Source of the DNA: Candidatus Eremiobacteria bacterium
GTDB taxonomy: Bacteria > Vulcanimicrobiota > Vulcanimicrobiia > Vulcanimicrobiales > Vulcanimicrobiaceae
Length of the DNA: 64,000 nucleotides
Assembly (NCBI GenBank): GCA_963737065.1
Contig: CAVTRC010000001.1
Span: 832,001 to 896,000 of the forward strand
Direction: 5' to 3'
Shown here one piece after another: positions 48,216 to 58,659 of the stretch. Numbering within the stretch: position 1 is the first letter of the stretch; each line of letters starts with the position of its first letter. Both the position numbers and the translations under genes were made by a program. The notes under the pieces were generated by a model. That model was not told the DNA's origin and searched no databases. It saw only the letters and a list, made by a program, of their open reading frames with translations.

Positions 48216-49136
48216 AACGCGTCCGGGCTGCAGTGGGCTTCAGACTCGCTGTACCCGGAAAACGCGTCTATGCGTTTTCTGCCCCCCATTGCCAAGTCGT
48301 TGTCATCCTTTTCGCCGACTCCGCCCGGATATCGAATGTCAGAACGTTTGAGGCTGCTTCGCTTAGATCATCAAACTGATCGATAGCACTCAGTGAGGAC
48401 GTGTCGGTAAGGTTGGTACGAGACGAGCATGCCGCCGCTAGTGACACCGGTCCTTGGCCGGGCTACGAGACGTCAGATTGCGCAGTCCGGCGCCACCGGT
48501 CCGATACTCGCGGGCTTTCGACCGACACGCCGACCCTTGCTACTTCACATACTAAGCGTGCTCTGTGAGGGATCCTATAGCGAGTGGCGCGAGAAAGTGA
48601 CTGGCCGACGTGTTGCGAGATTTACCTCAAGCTACGTGGAACGTGCCGCGCTTGCGAGCAGCCGCCTCATGAGCAAACTCGTTCCCGTTTCGACGCGCTC
48701 TTGGTCGCTGTTGACGTCCACGCGCTGAATCAAGCCGCACCTCAATTCGTCAGGTTCTGCACGTCAACGCTTGGACAGCACTCGCGGCAAGAATTATCAT
48801 TTCGTGCGGTGTGCGCGGTCGCCATCATGTTCCAGTAGACAAGTACCGCCGCCGTACTTCCTCGGTGGACGATCGTCGCGATGCAGTCCGCGACCCGGGT
48901 GACGTGTTTGAAGCGCTACGCGAGGCTGCCAACGGCACTTAGGAAAGGAACCGCCACAACGATGCGAAGCAGAAAACGCCTACGACGCAACTTGGCTCTG
49001 CGGCTTGTTCTATCACTCGCTTTTTGGCGTCATATCTGTCAATGTAGTGAAAAAGCGAGCCGACAACTGCTACAATTCGTGACAATGTATCAAACGTTTT
49101 GATGATCCACACCAAAACTGCGACGGATGTTCATAT

Positions 49137-49421
49137 ATGAAAGCAACTTGGGAACCGCACGAAAAGCATGGGCGCCTCACGGCGCAGAGTGACTTACCGG
49201 ATTCCGTCTTCGCTTTTCCAAAGCAGCGCAAAGAACCGCTCAGCGATGCAAGCCACGTGCGAAACGCAGTCGCGCGCTTCGACCAAGTGACGGACGTTTC
49301 CGATGAAGATCGAGCGTTAGCGTTTGCGAACATCGAAAAAGCTGCCAAATATTACGACGTCGATCTTTCCGAGACGTCCTGGAAGCAACTCGGCGTGCAT
49401 CCGCCGCACGGCGATCGCTAA
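49137..49421 (+). CDS. small conserved hypothetical protein (DUF6582-like)
   Basis: LPDSVFAFPKQRKEPL.DASHVRNA.ARFDQV pattern. Confidence 0.75.
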   Translation: MKATWEPHEKHGRLTAQSDLPDSVFAFPKQRKEPLSDASHVRNAVARFDQVTDVSDEDRALAFANIEKAAKYYDVDLSETSWKQLGVHPPHGDR

Positions 49422-49434
49422 AGACGCCGCTTCT

Positions 49435-50106
49435 CTACGCGACGCCCGCCGGAATGTGCATGACGTTCAGCTTCTGAGGAACGAGCAATTTCGGTCCGGT
49501 CCCGGCCTGCACTTCTTCAACCGTTACGCCGGGCGCCAATTCCGTGAGCACCATACCGGTCGGCGTGATATCGATCGTGGCTAGATCGGTGATGATCTTC
49601 TGAACGACACGCTTTCCGGTCAGCGGAAGCGTGCAGACGTCGACGATCTTATGCGAGCCGCCCTTCGCGACGTGTTCCATCATGACGATGACACGCTTCG
49701 CGCCGTGCACGAGATCCATCGCGCCTCCCATGCCCTTGACCATCTTGCCGGGGATCATCCAATTTGCGAGATCGCCGTATTCCGAAACCTGCATTGCGCC
49801 GAGCACGGCGAGATCGATATGTCCGCCGCGGATCATCCCGAACGAGAGGGACGAGTCGAAGAACGACGCACCGGGAAGCACGGTGACGGTTTCTTTGCCC
49901 GCATTGATCAGGTCGGGGTCTTCTTCACCTGCGAACGGATACGGCCCCATGCCGAGAATGCCGTTCTCACTCTGCAGCGTAACCGTTATGCCTTCCGGCA
50001 CGTAGTTCGGAATCAACGTCGGCAAACCGATGCCAAGATTGACGTACTGACCGTCGCGCAATTCTTGCGCGACGCGCGCGGCTAGCTGAGTTCTCGTTAG
50101 AGGCAT
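49435..50106 (-). CDS. scoB: 3-oxoacid CoA-transferase subunit B
   Basis: [21 protein letters not shown]. Confidence 0.93.
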   Translation of the reverse strand: MPLTRTQLAARVAQELRDGQYVNLGIGLPTLIPNYVPEGITVTLQSENGILGMGPYPFAGEEDPDLINAGKETVTVLPGASFFDSSLSFGMIRGGHIDLAVLGAMQVSEYGDLANWMIPGKMVKGMGGAMDLVHGAKRVIVMMEHVAKGGSHKIVDVCTLPLTGKRVVQKIITDLATIDITPTGMVLTELAPGVTVEEVQAGTGPKLLVPQKLNVMHIPAGVA

Positions 50107-50107
50107 G

Positions 50108-50887
50108 TTATTTCAACTTACCTTTTAACCCTAAGCTTGTCGAAGGACGCGTCGTGACCCGTTCGATTCGTTTTCCTGACGGACCGACTTTGACGATCCG
50201 CTGAACGAAAATACCCGGCAAGTGGACTTGTTCGGGATCGATCTCGCCCGCATTGACGACTTCTTCCGCTTCGACGATCGTGATTTTTCCGGCCATCGCG
50301 CAAAGCGGATTAAAATTTCGCGTCGCTTTGTGGAAGATTAAATTTCCGGCGGTATCGGCAACCGATGCGCGCACGAGCGCAAAATCGCACACGATTCCTC
50401 GTTCCAATACGTACTCACGACCGTTGAAAATTTGCGTTTCCTTTTTCGGCGACGGCACCGCGACAGAACCGTCGGCGTTGTGTTTCCAAGGCAAGCCGCC
50501 TTCCGCGACGAGCGTTCCGACACCGGCCGGCGTGTAAAATGCCGGAATACCGCATCCGCCTGCGCGCAGCCGTTCTGCGAGCGTGCCTTGAGGAACGAGT
50601 TCGACTTCCAACTCACCGCTCAGGTACTGCCGCTCGAATTCCTTATTTTCGCCGACGTACGAACCGGTCGTTCGCCGAATGCGTTTTGCATCGAGCAATA
50701 CGCCGAGCCCCCACGCATCGACGCCGCAGTTATTCGAAACAGTGGCGAGATCGGTAGCGCCTTGTTTGAGGAGCGCTTGTATCAAATTGTGCGGAATACC
50801 GTTGAGTCCGAAACCGCCAACCGCAAGGGAAGCGCCGCTTGGAATATCGGCTACCGCCTCTGCGCAGGACGCCAAGACTTTATTCAT
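50108..50887 (-). CDS. scoA: 3-oxoacid CoA-transferase subunit A
   Basis: [23 protein letters not shown]. Confidence 0.93.
   Translation of the reverse strand: MNKVLASCAEAVADIPSGASLAVGGFGLNGIPHNLIQALLKQGATDLATVSNNCGVDAWGLGVLLDAKRIRRTTGSYVGENKEFERQYLSGELEVELVPQGTLAERLRAGGCGIPAFYTPAGVGTLVAEGGLPWKHNADGSVAVPSPKKETQIFNGREYVLERGIVCDFALVRASVADTAGNLIFHKATRNFNPLCAMAGKITIVEAEEVVNAGEIDPEQVHLPGIFVQRIVKVGPSGKRIERVTTRPSTSLGLKGKLK
50130..50147 (-). repeat. REP-like unit TCCTTCGACAAGCTTAGG at the 3' end of scoA (encodes PSTSLG)
   Basis: 17/18 identical to 25720-25737. Confidence 0.6.
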
Positions 50888-50909
50888 CGCCGTGGAAGTT
50901 CTCCGGGCT

Positions 50910-52076
50910 ATGAGTATTGCCCCACCGCGTGCATACGAGTCCGACGAAGAAGCGATGATTCTCCAGATGGTGCGCGAGTTGGTTGCGGAAAAAGTCGCAC
51001 CGCGCGCCGCTCAAATCGACGAGAACGAAGAGTTTCCTCAGGACATCAAAGAGCTTTTCGCACAGAACGATTTGCTCGGCATCCCCATTCCCGCGGAATA
51101 CGGGGGCCTCGGCGGCACGTTCTTAACGTACGTGAAAGTCGTGGAGGAAATCGCGAAGGCATGTGCTTCCAGTTCGTTGATCGTTGCGGTTCAAGAATTG
51201 GGCATGCTACCGATCTTGATCGGCGGCAGCGAAGAACAAAAGAGACGCTTTCTTCCCGACATCGCGTCGGGCAGAAAAATTGCGGCGTACGCGTTAACCG
51301 AAGCCTCGAGCGGTTCGGATGCGCTCGGTTCGATGCGCACGCGTGCAGAGCGTAAAGGCGATTCATATGTCGTCAACGGGCAAAAGATCTGGATCACGAA
51401 CGGCAGCGTAGCCGACGTCGTGTGCGTTTTCGCCGTCACCGATCCGTCGGCAGGCTCTCGCGGTGTTAGCGCATTCGTCGTGGAGAAGGGTAGAAACGGA
51501 TTTAGCGTCGGGAAGAAAGAGCGCAAGATGGGCATTCGCGGTTCACCGACCGTGGAGTTGATCTTCGATAATTGCGAGGTTCCCGCGGCAAATCGTTTAG
51601 GCGACGAAGGCGAAGGCTTCAAGATCGCGATGAAAGTGCTCGATAAATCGCGGCCGGGCATCGGCGCGCAAGCGCTCGGCATTGCTGCGGGCGCGCTCGA
51701 GTACGCAACGAATTACGCAAAAGAACGCATCGCATTCGGCAAGCCGATCGGGCAACATCAGGGCGTCGGATTCATGCTCGCCGACATGAAGACCGAAGTG
51801 GAGTCCGCGCGGCTTCTACTGTACGAAGCAGCGCGCAAATGCGACGAAAACGCGTCCGACGTCACGCTTTGGGCATCGATGGCAAAACTGAAATGCGGCG
51901 ACGTCGCGATGTCCGTGACGACCGACGCCGTCCAGGTCCTCGGCGGTTTTGGGTACTCGTCGGAGTATCCGGTGGAGCGCATGATGCGCGACGCCAAAAT
52001 CACGCAGATCTACGAAGGCACGCAACAAGTCCAACGCCTCGTAATCTCGCGGGCAATGGTCGGCAAAGGGAAATAA
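50910..52076 (+). CDS. acyl-CoA dehydrogenase
   Basis: [38 protein letters not shown]. Confidence 0.95.
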   Translation: MSIAPPRAYESDEEAMILQMVRELVAEKVAPRAAQIDENEEFPQDIKELFAQNDLLGIPIPAEYGGLGGTFLTYVKVVEEIAKACASSSLIVAVQELGMLPILIGGSEEQKRRFLPDIASGRKIAAYALTEASSGSDALGSMRTRAERKGDSYVVNGQKIWITNGSVADVVCVFAVTDPSAGSRGVSAFVVEKGRNGFSVGKKERKMGIRGSPTVELIFDNCEVPAANRLGDEGEGFKIAMKVLDKSRPGIGAQALGIAAGALEYATNYAKERIAFGKPIGQHQGVGFMLADMKTEVESARLLLYEAARKCDENASDVTLWASMAKLKCGDVAMSVTTDAVQVLGGFGYSSEYPVERMMRDAKITQIYEGTQQVQRLVISRAMVGKGK

Positions 52077-52220
52077 TGGGCGCAGCGCGCCTCGCTTTCA
52101 AAGCGGGCGGCGGCGGATACGCGAACTTCCGCGCCGATCCTTGCGTTGTATAGAACGCACGGACCGCGTGCGGCTTCTTGGCCGCCGCGGTTATCTGTTG
52201 CTACGAAGGGAGGTGAACTC

Positions 52221-52535
52221 ATGAATAAGATGCTCGCATCACTCGTTGCCGCGGCGTTCCTTACGACCGGGGTCGCAATGGCAGCGTCCCCGGCCCCGAA
52301 GGGGGCGAAGACGACGACCAAGGCCACCGGGCACTCGACGAAATCCTCATCGATGAAGTCAACGAAGCCGATGAAGTCGGTCAAGCCGGCTCCGAAGGCC
52401 ACGACGAAGCCCGCGCTTCAGAAAACTGCTGCGAAGGCGACCGCAGCTCCAAAGCCGGCAAAGAACAAGAGCGGCAAGTCGATGAAATCGATGAAGTCGA
52501 CGAAGCCGGCTCCTAAGGCCACCAAGAAACCGTAA
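52221..52535 (+). CDS. secreted Lys/Thr/Pro-rich basic protein (Asr/histone-H1-like)
   Basis: RBS GGAGG; signal peptide ending AMA; SMKSTKP and KPAPKATxKP repeats. Confidence 0.75.
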   Translation: MNKMLASLVAAAFLTTGVAMAASPAPKGAKTTTKATGHSTKSSSMKSTKPMKSVKPAPKATTKPALQKTAAKATAAPKPAKNKSGKSMKSMKSTKPAPKATKKP

Positions 52536-52562
52536 CCCGTCCTTATATATCTAACCTCATAC

Positions 52563-52612
52563 CGGCGCAGCCAGACGATGTCGAAAGACGCGTGGCTGCG
52601 CCGAACCTTTTT
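52563..52612 (+). terminator. intrinsic terminator-like hairpin
   Basis: CGGCGCAGCCA/TGGCTGCGCCG 11-bp stem followed by AACCTTTTT. Confidence 0.6.
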
Positions 52613-52710
52613 AGCGGTTGCGTCTCGCCGGGGCGATTGTTATCTAATTCGCCTTCAAAAGCCAACTCGAAGTCGAGAATGTGTCGTTCCGTGGCGAAAT
52701 GCGAGTCGTT

Positions 52711-53229
52711 ATGGCCGATCCTATGAAGCCGGAATTCACCGCAGCGAACCCGATCGTCGAGGCTGCTTCCCGGATCCGTGCACGGCGCGACTTGGAGAGC
52801 GTCATCGACGCTGACAGCGGGGAAACGGTTGCGCGTAAGCCGGAAGACGCCGAAGAATCGCTGCGCCTCTTCGCGCGCAATCTGCTCGATGGCGCGAAGC
52901 GACTGAACTCAATACTTGGCCCCAACGCGGTGCGAGTCGTTACCGTCGAGAAACCGTTGCGCCTGCGGGTTCGCTTCGGTGAAAAACGCATCTCACTCGA
53001 ACTCGAAGAGGTGCAGCAGTTAGTGCGTATCGCCGGGGCGGGCCTCGACGGCGAATATCAATTCGACTTGAGCGCACCCGTGCCGGCGCTGATCAATCTG
53101 TCGAAGATTTCGACTGAAGCCGGCTACGGCGAAGCAATCACCGCTTCGTTTTTGCTGAAGCGCGTTGCTCAGGACGCCGAATTACCGCGACCGGCTCACC
53201 TCGACAATTCCGGTCCGCTACAGTTCTAG
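52711..53229 (+). CDS. hypothetical protein
   Basis: ORF with host-like codon usage; start uncertain (52681-52723). Confidence 0.6.
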   Translation: MADPMKPEFTAANPIVEAASRIRARRDLESVIDADSGETVARKPEDAEESLRLFARNLLDGAKRLNSILGPNAVRVVTVEKPLRLRVRFGEKRISLELEEVQQLVRIAGAGLDGEYQFDLSAPVPALINLSKISTEAGYGEAITASFLLKRVAQDAELPRPAHLDNSGPLQF

Positions 53230-53268
53230 GGATGAGCCAATCGCGGCCGCTGGGGTTGAAGCGCTCCG

Positions 53269-54027
53269 CTAACGCTTCGCGCCGCCGCGCTTTGCGCGCG
53301 CGGACGCCGGCTTCGCACCTCGGCCGTCCCGGCCCGCTGGAACTTTTGCGCGTGCGGCGTTCATTTTCGCGATGATCGGCGGTGTCGGACAGAGTTCGTT
53401 CACGGGGCACTGCGCGCATAGCGGTGTCGGCGCTTTGCAGATCGCGCGGCCGTGCAGAATCAGCCAATGGCTTACGAGCCGCCATTTATCCCGCGCGACG
53501 AGTTGGGTGAGATCTTCTTCCACGTGACGCGGCGTCTTCCCGAGTGTCAATCCTAGACGATGCGCAACGCGAAACACATGCGTATCAACCGCAATCGCGG
53601 CTTCTTGAAACGCGACCGACATCACGACGTTGGCGGTCTTTCTTCCGACGCCCGCAAGGCTCTCCAATTGCTCGCGTTCCCGCGGAACTTCGCCGCCGTA
53701 ATTTTCGTGCAGTTCTCGCGCGGCGCTGATGATGCTCTTCGTCTTCATGCGGAAGAAGCCGGCCGATTTGATCGTCTGCTCCACGTCCTGCGGATCGGCG
53801 TTGGCGAGCCGTTCCGGCGTCGGATATTTAGAGAAGAGAATCGGGGTGACGGTGTTCACGCGCGCGTCGGTGGTCTGCGCCGAGAGAATTACGGCGATGA
53901 GTAACTCAAACGTGTTTCGATATTCGAGCGCGGTCACCGCGTGCGGATAGGCGCGTTCCAGCATCGCTAACTCGCGTTGCGCGACGTCGCGCGGAACCTT
54001 CTTCTTGGGGAACGGTATCGTGGCCAT
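53269..54027 (-). CDS. nth: endonuclease III
   Basis: LSAQTTD, HhH GVGRKTANV, VDTH, CxxxxPxCxxCxxxxxC. Confidence 0.95.
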   Translation of the reverse strand: MATIPFPKKKVPRDVAQRELAMLERAYPHAVTALEYRNTFELLIAVILSAQTTDARVNTVTPILFSKYPTPERLANADPQDVEQTIKSAGFFRMKTKSIISAARELHENYGGEVPREREQLESLAGVGRKTANVVMSVAFQEAAIAVDTHVFRVAHRLGLTLGKTPRHVEEDLTQLVARDKWRLVSHWLILHGRAICKAPTPLCAQCPVNELCPTPPIIAKMNAARAKVPAGRDGRGAKPASARAKRGGAKR

Positions 54028-54071
54028 CGCTGCGAGCAGTGTTTTACCGGCCGCTTCCGAACCCTTGCCGC

Positions 54072-55343
54072 GTGACGACGTTCGGCAGCCCCGCCGCAGC
54101 GAATGCCAGGGCGATCGATCTCCGCGCGCAGGGTAAATTGCGCGAAGCGATCGACATCTTCCGCGCCGCGACGGCACAATTTCCTTCGATACCCGCGCTG
54201 CATCAGAATCTTGCCCAGTCACTTTACGAAGCGGGCGACAACGCGGGCGCGATCGCCGAACATCGTCGCGTTATCGCGCTGGACTCACGCAACGTTGCGT
54301 CCAATCTCGCGCTCTACGAGTTGCTGCAAATCGCGGGCGATCGCGCGCTGGCGCTCGCGCATCAGCGTCTCGCGCTCGAGGAACAGCGTCTCTTTTCTCA
54401 TGTCGCGCCGCGCGAAGCGCGCGCGGTGCTGCTGCTTTTAGCGCCCGGCGACTGGCAGACCAATATCCCTGCGGACTTTCTCTTCGATCGAGAAACGACG
54501 ACCGTCCACAAGCTGTATCTCCTCGACGAGCAATATCTTCAACGCGATCAGTTTCCGCGCTACGAAATCATGTGGAATGCGATCGCGGAATCGCCGGATG
54601 CCCTCGGACATCTCGAACTTGCTGCGCACATTATGGCGTCGCAAGACAGACCGGCCTTGAACGATCCGCGCAAGGTTATTGCGACGTCGCGGCTGCGGTT
54701 GGCCGACACGCTTCGCCACACCGACGCGCGCGTTCCGCATGTGCGCGAGGTGCGACGCTACGACCTCGAACGCGGCGACCCGGGCGTTCCGTTCCCGCTT
54801 ATCGCGCGGCCGGCAGGTTCGCATGCGGGCGCGGGACTCGCTCGTCTTTCGTCGTCGAACGAGTGCAGCGAGTATGTCGCTGCGAACGAAGCGCAAACGT
54901 ACTATGTCACCGCGTTCGTCGATTATTCCAGCGCCGACGAGTTCTTTCGAAAATATCGCGTCGTGTTCGTCGACGGGCGCCCGTACCCGGTTCATCTCGC
55001 CATCTCGCCGAACTGGATGATTCACTACTACAATGCACCAATGGCCGAGAATGAATGGATGCGCGATGAGGAAGCGGCGTTTCTTCGCGACCTTCACTGC
55101 GTGTTCGACGGAGCAAGAAACGAAACGCTTCAATCCGTCGCTGCCGCCGTCGGTCTAGAGTATTTTGGAATCGATTGCTCGATAGACCGCGATGGGCGCG
55201 TGCTAATTTTTGAAGCGGATCCGGCGATGCTCGTTCACAGCAGCGATCCGCCGGAGCTCTATCCGTACAAAACACAATACGTCCCGCGCATCTATCGCGC
55301 GGTGGAGGAGATGCTCGACCGGCGCCGAGCGGCCAGCATGTAG
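54072..55343 (+). CDS. TPR repeat + ATP-grasp-like domain protein
   Basis: N-terminal TPRs; FPLIARPAGSHAG, FRKYRVVF, LEYFGIDCS, IFEADP. Confidence 0.75.
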   Translation: MTTFGSPAAANARAIDLRAQGKLREAIDIFRAATAQFPSIPALHQNLAQSLYEAGDNAGAIAEHRRVIALDSRNVASNLALYELLQIAGDRALALAHQRLALEEQRLFSHVAPREARAVLLLLAPGDWQTNIPADFLFDRETTTVHKLYLLDEQYLQRDQFPRYEIMWNAIAESPDALGHLELAAHIMASQDRPALNDPRKVIATSRLRLADTLRHTDARVPHVREVRRYDLERGDPGVPFPLIARPAGSHAGAGLARLSSSNECSEYVAANEAQTYYVTAFVDYSSADEFFRKYRVVFVDGRPYPVHLAISPNWMIHYYNAPMAENEWMRDEEAAFLRDLHCVFDGARNETLQSVAAAVGLEYFGIDCSIDRDGRVLIFEADPAMLVHSSDPPELYPYKTQYVPRIYRAVEEMLDRRRAASM

Positions 55344-55374
55344 ATCTCCTGGTCCGATTCCGAGCCGTCGCGCA

Positions 55375-56614
55375 CTACGATTCGGCTATCGGACGCTGAG
55401 CGGCGTCCGGTAAGCGGCTCGCGAGCGCGAGCATGGCACACGCGAAGACCAGTGAAATCGCAAACGTCCACAGTAAAGCACGCTGCAGCGGCGCGCCCGC
55501 TTCGTGTGCGACCGTCACCGGCACGCCGCACAGAAAAATACCAATGCAACTTCCGAGTGATCCGGCGAGCACCGTGGCCGACGATACTGTGCCTTCCGAA
55601 CCGTCGGGCGATCCGGCAAGCGAAGAGAGTGTGAGCGTCGAGAAGCTTATCCCGATTCCCGTTCCAGCAACTGCCCACGCCATGTATGCGAATATGACCG
55701 GCGCGCCCGCGACAACGCAGAGCAACGTCCCAAGCGCAACGATGCCGAACGCGGCACCAGTGCTCACGATTGCACGCGTGCCGATCGCCGATAACAGCCG
55801 CGGCTGTGCGCTGCTGCCGATGCTCCATCCGATAACGCCGAGCGTTATGCAAACGCCGGCAAGTGCCAACGTTTGTCCACGCACCGACGTCAGCAACAAC
55901 GAGACGTACGCGTCCGCTCCGAAAAATGCTGCTTGGAGCAACGCGAACTCTACTATCGAAACATTCCTGCGGCCTCGCAACATCAACGTATCGCGCGACA
56001 ATAACATCCGGATCGCTCCGAGAGGGTCCGACTGTGAGCGAGACATTGCCATGCCGCGCAACGATGGCAGAACGAGTGCCGCCGACAGTAAGACGAGCGG
56101 AATGAACATCGCGAACACCGCCCGCCATCCGAACGCGGCAGCAATAAACGCACCGAGCGCGGGTCCGATCAGTCCGGGGACGAGCCACATCGCGGATGTC
56201 CAGGCAAACATACGCGGACGCATGCGCTCGGGGAACAGTTTTGCAATGGCTGCAAGCGAAACCGCATAATCCAATCCGCCTCCGAATCCTTCGATTGCGC
56301 GCGCGCCGACGAAGAAGCTCATCGTCGGCGCAAGCATCGACGCAAGCAAACCGACGAGCGTCAATGCAAACGCAAGCCCAAGCGCGCGTCGCAGTGCCGT
56401 ACCGGTCCGCGAACGGCCCTGCAAACGACATCGAGATCAGGCTGGCGCCATAGAGCGCCGCCGGTGCGAACCCGTAGAGACTGATGCCATGCAAGTCCGC
56501 CGCAATGCGCGGCATGACGGTCGTTACGATCAGCGACTGCGTGGCAGCCGTGAATTCCGCTACAAGAAGGCCGGCCGCCACGCGTCCGCGGCGGCCGGCA
56601 AAGAGCTCGAACAT
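55375..56614 (-). CDS. MFS transporter, frameshifted near 56395
   Basis: GPFADRYG motif in one frame; ARAIEGFGGG and GPALG in the next. Confidence 0.8.
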
Positions 56615-56638
56615 TCTTCGACTCGCTCGGGACAGCTG

Positions 56639-58649
56639 CTAGTGCAAGTATTTTGCGATCCAGTCGACCCACCGGCGCAAAACGTCTTGCGAGCGAACCG
56701 GATCGCCGGGGAAATGCCCTGCGACCGGATACGCCCAAAACTCCACCGTCGTTCCGCGATCTTTCAACGCATGAAAGAACTTGTACGATTGCGTGATCGG
56801 CACGCGGGAATCGTTCACGTCGCTCATAATGAGCGTCGGCGTCGTCACATCCCAAGCGGCATTGATCGGCGACTCCTCGACGTAGAGTTTCTCAAGGCCC
56901 TTGGTATACGGCGAACCGCCCATCGCGTAACGATACTCGACACCGTTATCCGCGAGTGCATATTCATCAGTGAGATCGTTCACCGCAGCGCCCGAAACGG
57001 CGGTCTTCCAAACATGATAATGCCCGATGAGCCACGACGTCATGTAGCCGCCGTACGACCAGCCCGGAGACGGCGACGCGCGCCCGGTCGATGGGATACG
57101 CTTTTTCGACCGAGGCGACTCCCGCCATGACGTCGCGTCCGGGTCCTGCCCCCGCATCCTTTGTAATCGCATACCAGTACTTCGCGCCGAGATTATCACT
57201 GCCGCGATAGTTGGGATTGAACACGATGTACCCGCGCGCCGCGAGCAATTGATTGCTCGCGCTAAAACCCGTAATCGAAGCAGAGTTCGGACCGCCGTGA
57301 ATCACGAGCACCAGCGGATATGTCTTCGACGGATCGTACGACGGCGGCAGCGTCAGCGTTCCATCCTCTTGGAAGCCTTCGTTCGTCCACGCGATGGTCT
57401 TCACTGCGCCGAGCGACAGGGAGGCGATGCCGTCGTTGAACGACGTTACGCGTTGCGGTGCCGCGCGTGCAGACTCCATGTAATACAACTCGCCCGGGCG
57501 ACCCGCTTGGCTTCCGACGAATGCGATCGCACCGGTTTTCGCGATCGATGCATCGAGCGAAAACGCTTGCGTGGGCTGCACGCTGCCGAGATCGACACGC
57601 TTCGCCGGCCCATCGAGCGGCTTGATCCACAGCGCTGCATCCGTGCCCTTGTCTCCGGAGACGAGAAGCGATTTCCCGTCGGGCATCCACATCGCGCGCT
57701 GCACGTTCGTGTCGATCTCCGTTGCTGTAACGTCGACGCCGTTCCCGCCTGAGGCCGGCGCGACGTCGATATCGTTGACCGCCGCCGGATCGCCGTTGTT
57801 CGGATACCGGTAGGCAATGTTCTTTCCGTCCGGCGACCACTCACCGAAGCCTTCGAGCCGGCCGTGTTGCGTCAGCGTTCGAATCACTTTACTGTCGACG
57901 TCGAGGATGGCAACGACGGCTCGATCCGAATCGGCGTCGAATGCGTTCGGCATGCGCGTGAAGCAAATGTACTTGCCGTCGGGCGACCACGAGAGCGGCG
58001 GTCCCGGCGGTTGGGCGGCGCGCGCTTGGAACGCTCCACGTCCCTTCCGTCAAGCGACGATCGTTGTTTCCGTCTGCATCGACGAGCCAAATGTGGTTGC
58101 TCGCGGGCGCTTCACGTTCGTTATACGCTTGGTCGCCAACGACAAATGCGTCGAGATGTTTTTTTCTTGCTTTTTCGTCGGCGCGTTTGTCGGGCGCGAC
58201 GTACGCGATCGCTTTGCCGTCCGGACGCCACGCGAATTGCGCAACGCCTTCCGGTGCATTCGTAATGGCGACGGGATCGCCGCCGCGAAAGTCCATCACG
58301 TAGATTTGCTGGTGCGCATCGTCGCCGCTGCCGCGGCGCGCTAAGAACGCAAGGCGGTCGCCCGCCGGCGAAAACGCCGGCGACGAAAGTTCTTTGCGTT
58401 CGAAGGTCACCGCGCGCGATATTTTCGTGGCGACGTCATAGATGTCGATCTCGCGATCGAACGTATCGTCTTTCATGTTCGATCGCGAGACGACGTACGC
58501 GATCGACTTTCCATCGGGCGCGATCGTTGCACTCGTTACGCTCACGATCTTCGGCAGATCGTCGAGCGTAAACGTACGAGTCGCAGCCGGTGCATTCGCC
58601 GGGACAACGAGCGCGAGCGCGAGCGCCGCTAAGAGATATGCTTGTTCAT
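56639..58649 (-). CDS. S9 prolyl oligopeptidase/acylaminoacyl peptidase, multiple frameshifts
   Basis: PD40-like WSPDGK repeats, IHGGP, PNYRGS, GWSYGG, D and H catalytic regions across three ORFs. Confidence 0.85.
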
Positions 58650-58659
58650 TTGCGCGATC

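Noticed and set aside
48384..48410. TAGCACTC-N9 half site resembling CIRCE
   Set aside because: The right half (GTGTCGGTA) does not match GAGTGCTAA, and no chaperone gene follows.
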